A stretch of 60,924 nt of DNA, counting the filler, from Catajapyx aquilonaris (lineage: Eukaryota), in the NCBI GenBank assembly GCA_000934665.2. It is 2 parts of 2 records of this genome, joined end to end, with 100 filler letters (N's around TTAATTAATTAA, not from the genome) between each part and the next. Parts side by side here need not be neighbours in the genome. Positions count along the whole stretch, not along the records: positions 30,845 to 60,924 come from JYFJ02004690.1; 1 more part is not named here. One strand, given 5' to 3'. This document shows, piece by piece, positions 45,987 to 59,440 of this stretch. How positions within the stretch are numbered: position 1 is the first letter of the stretch; the number at the start of each line of letters is the position of its first letter. The position numbers and the translations under genes are program-made. The notes beneath the pieces are model-generated. The model worked only from the letters and a program-made list of their open reading frames with translations. It made no database searches and was not told the origin of the DNA.

Positions 45987-47145
45987 CTGACCGAAAATAA
46001 TATACAGTTCAGTGTGTTCTGGGACGTACTGGGGGTTAAAACTGTTCAGACACATGCAGGGAAGCCAGAGCGGCCAAAATAATCAGTATGAAAATACCAC
46101 TAACCTCATACATCTCCCATACAATGCCAGGCTGTGATACGGCTCATCCTGTAGGCAAGGTGACTCACGTAGCAGGGATGTTTGGCGGATAGCCTCGCTT
46201 CCTGGATGAACCCTCTTTCCAGGGTGTGTCGTTTTCTCCGTCATGAAACCTAAACCAGGGTGTGATACGTTTAGTATTAGAAATTCGCAAGAATCCTTAG
46301 TCCGAGAGGAATTCCACATAGTTTTCCCCATCTTGTATGAATATAGGCACTCAAGCTCATGGAAGAAAGACACCGCCCTCCTCCATATCTGACTAGCCGT
46401 TCTTGTATTGTACTCTAAAAGCTGCTATTTTACATTGCTTCCACCGCCTTTACATTGCAAGTGGATCTAAGACAGAAGCTTTGCTGCTCAGAAGTCTGTA
46501 ACTACCGAGAAGAGACCAGCGCCACTGATCGCAGACACAACTAGCCCTAATGACCCTAATGAATAACCCATTGCACCTGCAGTACTATTCTGATCATATA
46601 ACGTTTCCCAGTGTATTATATACACACTAATAATTATTATAATTACAGTGTTAAATCATAAGCCGCAGGCGATTTTATTTACAGACCTAAGTCTCGCGGT
46701 TACATCATTTACATACCCCATTACCGCGATTCCGTGGCATGCAGGTAAAACCGAGCGTGCTCAGATTTTAGAGAATGAATCTGGTAGCAGGTAGAGCTAC
46801 CAGACGCCAGAACAGAGCTGGGTTTTTGCCTGTAATTGTATCTGCGAAAAATGCGTCAAGTAGAAACTTTTACTCTGTTTTAAAAAGTATGTTTCAACCA
46901 ATCATGAATATCTTATCAGACTCCATAAATCACTTGTTAACTTTTATAATAAAAGGCATCCCCATTCTCTACTGTTTAAGCAGTCAATATGCTGGCACGA
47001 CCAAATTGATTTCGGCATTGATTGATCATTTTACACACACTGGTCAATTAAATGTTGATTGTTACAAAATATTACCGTATTACCTCATTTAAAGCGGAAT
47101 GCCGGTAAAGTCGGGTAACTCGGGTATAGAGCAGCATTTAGATCA

Positions 47146-47921
47146 CTGTGCATTTGGTGAAAAAAAGCATGAAATTTTGTACGAAAGTCCCTGAGGTCAT
47201 ACTTTTCTAATCCAGATATAGAGTCACGCCCGTTTCTGCTCCGGAGGCCCGTACTTGCGGGTTGGCTACCTTGAAGCGAGGGAAAAGTATTTTTCTGAGC
47301 GAACTATGCTTCTCAGGAGGATATGTGCCAAACAAAGGTTGTAGGGAATCATGCATCCTACACAAAGTATAGAGCACCTTTTCCACGTACGTACAGTTCG
47401 TATTTTCGGAGCTACAGTGACTTGAACCCATAGTCATGGAATTAAGGGACTTAAAATGGGTCAACCGTGCATTTGGTGAAAAAGCATGAAATTTAGTATG
47501 AATGTCCCTGAGACCATACTTCAAATCCAGTTATGGCGCCACGCCCGTTTTGGCTCCGGAGGCCCGTAATTGCGGGTTGGCTACCTTGAAGCCAATGAAA
47601 AGTCTTTTTCTGAGCGAACTATGCTTCTCAGGCGGATATGTGCCAAACAAAGGTTGTAGAGAAATATGAATTCTACAAAAAGAATAAAGTACCTTTTCCA
47701 CGTACGGTCCGTATTTTAGGAGCTACAGCGACTTGAATGAGACTTTTCACTCATCGCTGAAGGGTAGCCAACCCGCAATTATGGGCCTCCGGAGCCAAAA
47801 CAGGCGTGGCGCCATATCTGGATTTGAAGAGTATGGTCTCAGGGACATTCGTCCCAAATGTCAGGATTTTTTCACCAAATGCACGGTTTACCCATTTTAA
47901 GACCCTTAACGTCCTGACTAT
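47146..47921. mobile_element. Long-TIR non-autonomous element (47430-47921) preceded by a partial tandem copy (~47146-47428)
   Basis: ATAGTCA..TTAAGGGACTTAAAATGGG ... CCCATTTTAAGACCCTTAA..TGACTAT, with ~175-bp inverted arms. The ~280-bp block gtgcatttggtgaaaaa..gagctacag.gacttgaa occurs twice in direct orientation. Confidence 0.8.
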
Positions 47922-49477
47922 ACAACATAAAAGGGCTCTGAAGCGATAAGCATGCTAATGTGCGATAATCTTCTTTAAAATTTTTTGACCACCATCATGC
48001 CCCCAAAATCAATGTGTGCATGGGACACACTTTCAATCATAAAGGGTGCCGCCCTTCTTTCGTGCCAGAGCACAACCTAAAATCCCAAAATCCCGGTTCA
48101 AAATTTTTTGGAAGATGTTTTTCTACCTTGCGAATTATCTACTCCTTGCAGATTCTCCGCGTTCTGAATATTCAGAAAAACCTTCTTCTCATTACATAGT
48201 CATGGCATGCAAAAGATCCCAGCCTTGATTCAGTCTGAAAAATCCTTCCCACAAAGGCAGGGGGAAAAAAGAAGTTAGTAAGGAATTGCAAATGGGCTAC
48301 CGTATTTCAGGCCATTATTTTAATGTTGTCTTTTCACATGGTGTGCTAACCAGTTCTTGTTATCACGTGGTGATGCATAATGGAACAGGGCCCTGACTTG
48401 TGAGTAAAAACATGACTTGGCTCCATTTTGCCCAAAAAGGCATGGCTCCTTTTTCATTATGTTATACAGATACGATGATATTATAATGCATGAGTTTTAA
48501 TTTTGCGGCAGCATTAGTGGGAAATGTAAAATATTATATTGAAAATTGATGATATTCTTTATTTCTAGTGATGAATTATCTTCGCAGATTTTATTGATGT
48601 TGGTGATATGCTACTAATCTGAGATACGTATGAATATTTTGACTTGAGCTCTTTAATGAAGCTGGATATTTTAATGACATTTTTTGTTTTAGAAACATTT
48701 GCATGAGACAGGTTTTAAGAATTACTTTTATTTACATTACTCAAAAATCAAAATTTTAATTTGCATATTTATGTCAAAGAGCAAACACTTGCATACGTTT
48801 ATATACAGTATTTCCCTTTTGACAAGAAAACATATAGGCTATGTTATGTCCAAAATATCTCGAAGCCTACGTGCTCATAATTTTGAGTGGAGAGCTTGGC
48901 TCCTGGGAAGAGCAGAATTTATTTCTCTTTGATCTAGAGTAGAAAAAAACTAAAGTCCCAGCAAGCATCGTGACTTGTCAGTACATGACCATTTGCGCAG
49001 ATAGCTTTTTCCCTTGATACCAGTTTCCCTCCTGAAAACTACACATATCTTTGGGCAAGGCAGTAGGCCTCCTCCCTGACAGGTTTCGAGAAGAGTTTTC
49101 CATTTGGTCTGCAAACGTCGGATATAGAAATACAGCTTGAAGTTTCACTCAACGAGGGCACTTTCGGAACTCGTACGTCGACTCACAAGCGATTTTTTAT
49201 GCAGCCTTTATATCACTTTGCGGGTGTCCAGTTCCTATATATTTTTAAATAGGGTCCGACATGTGCAACAGGGACTTGAAAATACGCCCGCAAGTGTACG
49301 TGACACGGACAAGAGGAATGAGTGGAAGAATTATTATTATGGCCCATTTCCCATGGTGAAAGAGGCCAAAACAAGTCCGTTGGGAGGGCTATTAATGAAT
49401 TTTAAGTTGACAATAATATGTTAATATTAGAAAATAGAATATTACACTCTTTTGAAAATGCGTGTGGCATACATTAA

Positions 49478-50036
49478 TGCTTAATTGGTATCGTGGGGTC
49501 CTTTTCGGACCCCAGGGTATACTTATGTCACCACCTTGAAGCAGGTTTTTGTCAAAATGAAAATTCTCACACCTATATTCCTGAAATATACTCTTTCACA
49601 CCTGAAAAAAAATTATGAGCGACGAAAAAAAATTCTAAAGGGAGTTAACGTCATTTAAACGCTCACTAGTCGTCTTGGGGTCCAAAAAGGACCCCACGTT
49701 ACCAGTTAGCGACCGGTTTTTTCCGACCCTAAAATAATAGACACGACAAATTCATGATGTAGCAAGCATAAAAAATTGCAAAGGTGTAAAAAAAATTATC
49801 CATGTAGTATAGTATGGAGACTACCATTACAGCTGCTGGGTCACGTGGGATACGGGTAAACAGTAAACACCGCCTCATGAGTCAACCAAGGGTCAGAGGA
49901 GGTCATTTTTTTTTTTAAATCTGTCACTTATAGTCCCGGCCAAATTTAGGAAGCATTTATATTTTGATTTTTTTGTTAATGTAAGTTTGTAATCGAAAAA
50001 ACGACTTGTGGTCCAAATGAGGTTGCCAGTTAAGGG
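49478..50036. mobile_element. piggyBac-like MITE (decayed left end)
   Basis: Right end CCAGTTAAGGG|TTAA and left end TTAA|tgcTTAAtTGGTA, with subterminal ggggtcc....ggacccc palindromes. Confidence 0.55.
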
Positions 50037-50143
50037 TTAATACAACCACACATTCAAAAACCATAATACGTGTATTAAAGGCTTATTATACAGTAGTTAT
50101 TAGCAGGTAAATATTATCTCGATCCATATTAGGCACGAAATAT

Positions 50144-50461
50144 AATAATAATTAAATAATTAATAATAATTTGATACCCCATTATCAGCCTACGGGCTTT
50201 CCTAGGGGGGGGGATTTCTCCCAATTTTTTTGTCTGGAACTCTTCCATTTTTACTATTTTTCTCATCACCGGAATGAAGCAGGGAAAGGGTAGGAAGGAG
50301 GCGGCTGTGGCCTATATTACGGTAACGACCCCGGAATTATCCTGCAAGGACCATGGGAAACCACAGAAAACCATGGTCAGGGTCGCCGGCCTCCGGGATT
50401 CGAACCCAGGACCTCCCGATTAGCAGTCGGTCACCATACCACTACACCACTACTGCTTCGG
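50144..50461 (-). mobile_element. tRNA-derived SINE (family C)
   Basis: Minus-strand head CCGAAGCAGTAGTGGTGTAGTGG..GGTTCGAATCCC. Perfect 17-bp TSD tattaggcacgaaatat (50127-50143, 50462-50478). Homologous to 60339-60611. Confidence 0.9.
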
Positions 50462-51906
50462 TATTAGGCACGAAATATTCATATATGAGGCAATCCGTCG
50501 TTGTTGTGAATACAATGTTTTAAGAAGTGTCGGTAGGAGGGAGGATGTCTAACTATGACGTCACCATGTTCTGGTTTGCCATTTGCTTCGGTTCTAAAAG
50601 GAACATGATATTGCAGTTCCTGCTCATCATCCTCTTGATAAATAGGCCGTTTCCCCTCGCCTTAGTGCGCGTCGGCAAGCGCTTAAGCACGCCACCGCTC
50701 TTATCTGGTGGCGCTAATGGGCCACATATCCCGCCTCCTTTCCCGCTTTTGTTCTTTACCCTCGCTTTCCCGGCAGACATTGCGCGTCGACATGACTACA
50801 ACCAAACCGCGTCTCTATCACTACCCCTCTGGCTCTGTTTCCTCTCCCATTATGGGCACACGGGATGAGGCCTCTGATAAACCAAAATACTGCGAGCAAC
50901 AGTTGTGCTGTTGTAAACATAATTTGACTCATCCATAAATGTGTAGCATAATAATGACCGACGCTGGTTTTTTTTTTGCTCAAAATGTGCCTTGATGGTA
51001 TTTTTTGGCTCATTAAAAATGTAAAGATGGGGTAATTGCACACAATTGGTGTCATTCTATAATGAAATCGTACATCATATCAGCGTAATAATCTATTAAT
51101 AAGAAGTTGAACATTTAAACAGTGTTAGATACCTTTAGGCATGTCAGTATACGTTGTACTCTACAGTATGTCTTCTCAATAAAATTAGTACCATAATATT
51201 TATTGCCAACGGACGGAGACAGTTATCTCTCTTGGACGGTCACTGTACCACTACTATCCACATGAATTAATGCCCTATACGAGAGGAATGATTATACTTG
51301 TATGTTGGGTCCCAAACAAACGGGTAACCACACAATAAGACCGAAGGAAGATTTTGAATAGAACCGTTAAGAATATAAAATATCATAAATACCAAATACA
51401 GTACTCTTTAAAAACGTAATAATAAATTATTTTTTTACCTACTTACATATTATATTTTGACTTCTTGCAATTACAGTAAGAGTCTCTTTCTCTCCTTCCC
51501 TCCCTCCCTCCCTCCCTCCCTTCTATTTCTGTACGCCCTGGCGCGCTAACGCGATGCAACCATATGGTAAGAGTAAGTCTGTGGGATTTACAGTATCACC
51601 GGTATATTCTATACCAAACACGTTTTTGACGATTATTCTGGCGCTACGTAAACATAGGGAGCAGATTATTTCAAAAACTTTATTTGGAAGAAAACTGATG
51701 GTTGCACATGGCAATATAAGTTTTTACGATTTTGCTTGACATATTGTGTCTTCAAACTGAAATTCTCAAAACTGTTGGCTACTTTTGGCAGTACTTTAAG
51801 GTAGTTATTTGCGAACAGTTACTTTTGGCCGCCATCACAAAAACTGCTTGTTTTAGGTTCAACGGAAGCATTAATTTGGACCTTGAATTGTGATGAATTT
51901 GCAGGC

Positions 51907-51974
51907 TAGGCAAATGTGCCCACTGATATCAAGAATCAGCAATGGTTCTTGATATCAGTGGACACATTTGCCTA
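51907..51974. repeat. 68-bp hairpin / mini inverted-repeat element
   Basis: taggcaaatgtgcccactgatatcaagaa-(10 nt)-ttcttgatatcagtggacacatttgccta. Confidence 0.85.
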
Positions 51975-54900
51975 TCCCACAACAGTTTGGAAGAATGCTT
52001 ATATAGCCTCTACAAAGTAGTCGTGCAAAAATAATGGCTTGATAATATCCATTCTATTGTGAAGCAACCATAGAATCTTTCATGCATTGCAGAACAACTC
52101 TACTATTCGATAATGTTCCGTCACTGCTTGCTTTCAGAAATCACTTCATCCGTTTTTTGTTGCGTTTCAGCAGCTTCGGTAAAGTCTAATAAAAAGCTAT
52201 AGGTCCCGCAGTCCGGTCATAAACATGGCTCGGGCTTGTTTACCCTCTAGATACATTCTCCACAACTCAGGCCCCTAGCTTTTTGGGAGGAGGAGGACGA
52301 CCTCCCCGATGAATAAAACATGCCTCTCGTCTCTTCACCCTGACAGTTTGAAATGTGGAACATCACCAAACATCCTTGCAGCCCACCAGTTTGCTCTTCA
52401 AACCTATACACCATTTTTTCCCCGCTAAGGGGCGGATTGCCAATATTGTATTGTAAGCTTACAAGGAACACTAAAAAAACACAAAATGCATTGAACTAAA
52501 TATGGCCCGAATCCAATGAAATAAGGTAGTTTAAAGTGGACCAAAACATATTGGCAGGGCAGCATGGGCACAAATTATCGTTCATTATTCATGTTTGCAT
52601 TTGTGTAAATTGTTGACAGGTAGTTAATGTAAAATTTTAGGGGAAATCTGGCAGTTATGGGAAAAATAAACCGTTAATTACCATAAAGCTACAAATAATG
52701 TTTCAATAATACACTACACCGCTGCAGCTGCAGGCCTGGATTCACCCGGCGTGTGAAGTACAGCAGCAAGTCTTTAATCGTTATGGTGAAAAAGGCTTAG
52801 AATCGAGGTATAATATTCAGGCTGTGCGATTTGAAACAGCGTGAGATTCACATAATTATTTTAACATTTGAATAAGTTTTTAGACCACTGGAACCTGCAC
52901 ATTCAATGAGAAATTCGCATTCGTAGTTTTCATGCAGCGCAATTAATTTAAGTCCACAAGCTACGGTCGCATTAAAAAATAATAAACGCAGAGCGGAGTT
53001 TGTCGAATTTTTGCAATGGCCATCCTCTCCCTGGCCTCCGTTTTTTTGCACTACTTTTACTTGACCCGACCCACTGGTGCCATACATCTCCACACTTCCC
53101 CCCACACCCAGCTCCCCCTATACTGCCGCCCTGAATATAGGGGGCCCACTGGAAAATCTGTGCACGGAATAAATTTACATGATATGAACACGAGATGCGA
53201 TTCCCGCTTGGTTGGCAGGGCGACCAACCGGAAGGCGGGGAATTTTCGCAAACAAATGATTTAGGCCTCGCTGTCCGATCCAGTTATTGCATCCCCATCT
53301 CGCTGGCCACTCTTTCACCAAAATATTTCACACAAAAAAGGCACACCCTAACTGCTGTGAACAGTGGGAGTATATATAGGGTCAGGCATGAGAAAATTAC
53401 CTTGCTGGCACTGTTAGCGGGAACTCAATCTGGATCCTGTCATCTCCTCTGTCGAACCCTTTTCTTATTCAGACGGAAACGCTTATTGCAAATTCTTAGC
53501 CTAACTTGCTCTCTTCACAAAAGCACTTCTCCTCCTCTCCTTGCGACTTTTATATTTCATTATGCAAAGGACGCCAGAAGAAATTGCATTGCTTTTCGTA
53601 TCCCGGGTAGGGGATTCCGACCTAAAAATATTTATTGGCCTGGATGTATCCAATTTTAAATAGAGGAACAGATCCGAAAATCGCTCAGCGTATACAATTG
53701 ATTCAGTGTCAATATGTGTATGACACCTTCATGTTCCTTTCTCATTACAATGGCTGTGACGTTATAATAGAATGGCATACTACTTCCTGAACAGTGCTTA
53801 AATTTTTGGGAAATCTTTATAATATATTAATATTATAAATTTAAATGATACAAAATTGACGGATGAGAATCATTATGTCCAGTGTCTTTCTTGGAAATTC
53901 GCTACTCATGAATTTTGTTTTTCCTTACAGGTCACAATTGCAAACAGACACTGGCCAGGACGTGAATGGGAGCAGCCATCAACGTGTTAATGGAGGTACT
54001 TGCAAACTACATCCGCTATCACTATTATAATCGTATAATTAGTCTGAGGGAAAGGGTGGAAAGGGGTCCTCATAATTATTTCCACGCCGTGCGGCTTATT
54101 GTAATTGCAAAATGTGGCAACAGGGGCAAACTTTTACGAGCCACCAACTATATTATGCCAATTAATCAGAGCAATAAGGATCAAACGGCTTTAAATATCA
54201 ATTAATCCCAGGGGTGGGGGACTGTCTTTTTTGTCGTGTATGTGTGATGCAAACGCTGTCGTCATTTTAAGCGCATTAAAGGCATATAAACAATGCGTGG
54301 GAGCGAGAGTGAGGGGATGGATAGGGGATATGACATGGTTGTCAGGCGAGTGGGGTTTCAAACTCAATCAAGTCCGCAGGGTTAACAGAACCAGGAAGTG
54401 ATCCCCCCACTACTCCTCTAACAAAGAAATTATATAAATATATCTCCCCCCTCCCTGCCCCAGGCCCCCCTAGATATTCCATCCTTCGATATCAGAGCGA
54501 ATTGATCCGCAGGATATTACAGTGCTAGGCGGCGCGCTTAAACGAGTGGGCCAATCGTTTGGTTATTGTGCTGCAAACGGTTTCCAATATCGGCTGTGCT
54601 GCAAGTGAAAGCAGCCACCCATCGCTCCCCCTTCTCTCCCCCTCTCTCCCCCCTCTCCCCCTCCCCCCTCCCCCCAGCTCTCCCCTCAGCCACGTCGGCC
54701 TCTAACCCCAATTTCTCATACCTCACTCGGAACACCCATCATTATCGCGTATGACAAACATGGGTCAGCTCTCGGTTCAAAAGTGGAATAAACATGGACC
54801 ACTAGGATAATAATGAAGAGTCAATACAGATATCGCTTCTCGACGAGATATCTGACTTGACGCTTAACTCTGATCGTTCTGCATTTCAGGTCTTCATTTG

Positions 54901-55797
54901 ACATATCCATCACATAGGATTTTTTTTCTCATGCCATTCTATGCTGTTTCGCGATTGAGGAAATACTTTACACAACAATAATAATGCAACAGAATATGAT
55001 ATAGAAAAGAAACTGGCAGATTGCCGTTCATTAATTACGTACTTTCAAGCCTTGTTTTGTGTGATTGGGGCGACAAAAAGCCTTTGAATGCCGCGAAGTT
55101 CTCTATTCAGCCATCACAGTCGCGGTAATTATATTGGTCCTAAACGGCAAGAAATCATGTGATTAATCTAGTTGCGTGCCATTTGGATAAATTGTTACGG
55201 ATTATTATGTACTATTCGCTGTGGAAAAAAGGGGGAGCAGCATATAGAACAGCAGCAAAGTGTATAGTGTCAACATGAAATGCGATTATGAATGCACTGT
55301 ACGCTTCATTTAATCACATTTCCCGTGACACTACCAATATGGGTTGTACAGAGCCGCAGTATTGTCGGGTGTTCCAGAAATTTTGTCCCAGTTTTGAACA
55401 TTTTGAAACAGTGTTTAGCTTAACAGGATTTGGGCCAATTTTGGGCGGGAGCTTATTGTTACAATGAAATGAGAGTATTTCGTACAGGCATGTATGTAGG
55501 AATGGGAAACAGAGCACATAAAGCGGTGTTGTAATATGTTGATTTTATTTATTACTCCTCATTATTTGTCCCTTCCCTGCATTCAGAAACGCAAAATACA
55601 CACTGTTATATTTATCCAGGGAAGGTGTTCATTTGAATCAAATTCCTGACAACGCAACCGTTGTTTCACATACTGGAAAAATCATCAGTTAGCCTACTTG
55701 TAGGCAAGAAATTCCCAATATTAGCGCGAGATTTTTATGAATCCAATCTCTAATGTTTGATTTTCACCCAAAATATTTTCTAGTGCAGAGTTAGCGT

Positions 55798-55945
55798 CAA
55801 GGGGGTAATCACTCGACTGAAAAGTGTACACTGGAGTACCAAATTCAAGGAGTACGAAGGAGTAATAAAGAGTGACGTACCTGAGGAGTACCAGGGAGTA
55901 CCATTCGCAGGTGTACACCGGAGTACCGAAGTGATTACCCCCTTG
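55798..55945. mobile_element. 148-bp MITE with 8-bp TSD (P-element- or hAT-type)
   Basis: Perfect 16-bp TIR CAAGGGGGTAATCACT, perfect TSD GTTAGCGT (55790-55797, 55946-55953), and internal GGAGTAC repeats. Confidence 0.88.
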
Positions 55946-57364
55946 GTTAGCGTATCCAACTTTGTGATATTAAGGATTCGGAATGAAAGACAACCCACAT
56001 AATTATTATATTCCGCATCCATTAACTTTATTTTTAATATTGACTGGAAGAAGAGTAGGCCTATACCTTACTGTACTATGCTAGAAAGATCTGTAAGAAA
56101 TAAAAACTGTAAATATGTATAACAAAAGGTTTTGTACGGAATTGGCAGCCTTCTACAGTGTAATTCTGTGGGTATGGAGTACATACGTACATATTTAATT
56201 TCGTGATAGCATACTTAACTCACTTACAATAATGAGTCTTCACTCTGCAGAGGTGTCAATCGCCTTCTCCCCAAGTGACAAATGCGTTCATCTGTTGAGG
56301 ACTTCTGAAACAAAGTGCACAACATTGATACACTTTTTGCCGTGAAAAATCATTTATCATATCACAAGATAAGTCAAGTTATATCACGAAGTTTGGATAG
56401 ATTTACACTACATGAAAACCTTACTTTACGACCATGATATAAACTTGGCTATAGTCAACAAAATACTGTGATGGTAATGTGCTCGCAGACATAAAAATTG
56501 TGCAGGCTTGTTGGAGGGGAGAAACAAGTTCTTAAAATTCGGAATTCCTGGTGTATACGCAAGAAAAACCGAAACACAAGTGGGAGAGATCGCCTGGAAT
56601 TCCAAGCGCAGGCAAGGAAAACAAAAGCCAGCAGCTGCAGATAGAGGGGAAATAATGAGAGTTTTTCAGTTGGGTCCCCCCCCCCCCTCACAGAGAAATA
56701 TCTGGAGGAAGAGGAAGAAGATTCCAGGGATTAATCCCACGCTCTGGCGGCGCAGAATTTCTTGTGCCGTCAGAATGACAGATGAGCGATGGAGGAAAGA
56801 GGCGCCATTTCCTTCTTCTTCCTCGACTCACGTAAACTCAGTCTCATCATGAGGCCCAAGTGAGTGATCCAGCGCCTTCTTCTCGTGAAGGATGGGCGCT
56901 ATTTCTCCTCCTCTTCCCTTCCATAACAGTCGTCTCTTCTTCTTTCCTTTTTTATTTTCGTTCGAGAGAGAAGGGGAGGAGGAGGAGGAGGAGGAGGAGG
57001 AGGGAGAGGAGGGAGAGGGGAGAATCTTTGCCGCAGCACTGACGCTGGATCTGGCCACTTAAGCAAATCTACTCTTTAGTTCCACTACCTCATCTAAATA
57101 CTATAACAACCTACTTATCTTTTTCCGAGGAGAAGGAGAGACGGGCAGCTTCGGAACCAGTGCGAGGGATCAGTCCGGCTTCACGTGAACTTCTCTCTGA
57201 ATAAATGAGGACATTCATTGATTTTATGCTAACCGATTGTAATTAACATTTCACGGCTTTGTCAAGCTGTTATTCAATGCACTACCGTCTCAGAAATGTG
57301 ACTCGTCAGGTAAAAAATAAATATATCATAAATAAATTGCAACAGATGAAATTTTACATATACG

Positions 57365-57574
57365 CAGTCGGCCCTTGATTAACCGCAGAAATCGGTTCCA
57401 AGCCCGCCGAGGATACGTGAAATCAGTGGATAAACCTAATCTAATCTAATATGATTTTTTTACGTATATAGGTACACATATATAAGTTTAGTTTATGAAC
57501 TATACACGATTAGACATCAACAAAAGTAACAGTAAAATGGAGAATTAATAACACTAGTAGTGCTGTAATAAAAG
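57365..57574 (+). mobile_element. Left-end fragment of a Tigger/pogo-type DNA transposon
   Basis: CAGTCGGCCC..CCGC..GTTCCAAG.CC..GGATAC.TGAAA..GTGGATA..ATAAGTTTAGTTTAT..CTGTAATAAAAG. The layout recalls Tigger7/MER44-type ends. No right TIR found. Confidence 0.5.
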
Positions 57575-57932
57575 CAGGTGTTGGATTCTTTAAAGTCAAT
57601 GTTATTTCCCATATGAAGACCTCGGGGGAAGAACAATCAAGGTCCACTTTTTGTCAAAAATGAGTTACATATCCCAGAAGATACTTTTACTAGTGTAGAA
57701 TATAATGGTTTGGTCGCAATGATCATAGGTCGCAATGGAAGGCCCCGAAAGTGGGATTTACAATGGAACCTTATGGGTCTTGGAAATTAGAAATTGGAAT
57801 ATCTCCGTTTCACCTGAAGTGGACATTGATGGCTCTTCCCCAAAGGTAATATTTTCAAACCAGGAATAACAGAAGCTGTACCGCAAAACTGTAGTAAAAT
57901 AATAATAATTAATTAGAGTCATTTTTGCTGTA

Positions 57933-58075
57933 CTATCGGGTTCAAATACTTTTGGCCACTTTATCCTGGTCTTGAGCGACCCTTCGCACAGACCCCACGT
58001 TAAGGAGGTGTGTGCGTGTGTGAAGGGTTGCTTCAAGACCAGGATAAAGTGGCCAAAAGTATTTGAACCCGATAG
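57933..58075. mobile_element. 143-bp palindromic Tc1-like MITE
   Basis: TA|CTATCGGGTTCAAATACTTTTGGCCACTTTATCCTGGTCTTGA ... reverse complement|TA. Confidence 0.9.
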
Positions 58076-59440
58076 TACAGTATAATTTATTAGCTCTACT
58101 ATTAATAAATGAATTACCAATAGTAAAATAATTTGTTGATTTACCCTGTACACACATTATATTGAATGATATCTCTGTTGTAATCGATTCTACACCGCAT
58201 CAGAACATTGAGTATGGCACATTAACGACACCTTTTTCACATCTGTGCTATGTGCAGATGAATGAACAATATTTTTTTGTGCTACTGCGGGGCTCATTAT
58301 TCTGTTCTCTAACATATCAGTAACCACTATAGGCTAATAATAATCTCGTTGTAGATACACTGTCTTGTGCTCATAGAAAGTGCATCACCTACTCTCAATT
58401 TCAAAAATGATAACGTAGTCACCTCAATTGGAACACAAAGGATCGGTTGCAACTTCGCCCGTGGTTCACAATCGATAGGATCATTACCACTGGTATCTTC
58501 TTTTGAGAAGGATGTGGATTTTGGCAGCCATCTTGTATCCAATAGTGGGATCACGTGAGTGGGATCAGAGGCACAATAGTCGAGTGTACCGAGCAGGAAA
58601 GACCACGGTGGTTCATGCAAGCCTGTGCTTGTGTTCGCAGCCAGCGTTGTGACCTCCATTGGTAGCAAATACTTCATGCTGCGAGTCAGTTTCCGTCCTT
58701 CCGATCCGACATGGATTCAATATGGTGGCCTGAAGTCAGGAAGCCAGACCTATGCACATCTCGTTGGAATTCGAACATGTCCGAACAAAGATCAAGCTGA
58801 ATTATGATTTTCTGTTTTCTCTTCTTGCGTGGTTCTCCAGATTTTCTTCATTAATTAGCAATAGAAAGTTCCAAAATCACAATAGCTTATAAACAGAATA
58901 GTTTCACACCTCTCCACTTGGAGGCGCCACTATCCACCCCATGTATGTGAATGTGGGTTGGGGATGGGGGCGAGTGCTTCCATCTATCAGCCGATAGATG
59001 GAAGCGTGATAATTTCGCGATGTGTATCAAAACCAACGCTACGAAATAGCATTTGGGCTTTGGGCTGGGTCAACAATGTATCCAACAGTGACCCAAGTTG
59101 CAACAGATCCTTTTACAAATACTGATGCATTATAAAAATTCCTGTCACATGTCACAAGAAGGCATGATTCTAGGACTAGCTGGTTCGTACCCAGCTTCTT
59201 GTGATATGTGACTTGAATTTTTAATCCATCAGTATTCTTATTTGTGTAATGTGGGTGTCAATTGGGGTGACCTTTTTTCAGCTGTGAGATGGATAGCAGA
59301 TGATACACTTTCTATGAACACACGTGTATGTAATTGTAGGGTGACAAATAACAATGTAAAGTTCGCAAAAATAACGGGAATCGAGTTGGGAACAGCAGGT
59401 GAAGCACTCTAAAGGTGTAATAGCTAATAGCACATAGGTA

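Noticed and set aside
50380..50461. tRNA genes at the SINE heads (also ~1150, ~6060-6132, ~38652, ~60339)
   Set aside because: A and B boxes are present, but there is no complete cloverleaf or acceptor stem. Each continues into a SINE body and A-rich tail bounded by TSDs.
53931..53995. + strand exon-like unit (ccttacag|GTCAC...GAG|gtac)
   Set aside because: The splice signals are plausible, but there is no recognisable product or partner exon to support it.
55825..55930. CRISPR-like short direct repeats (GGAGTAC)
   Set aside because: The context is eukaryotic, spacing is irregular, and the repeats are internal to a TIR/TSD-bounded MITE.
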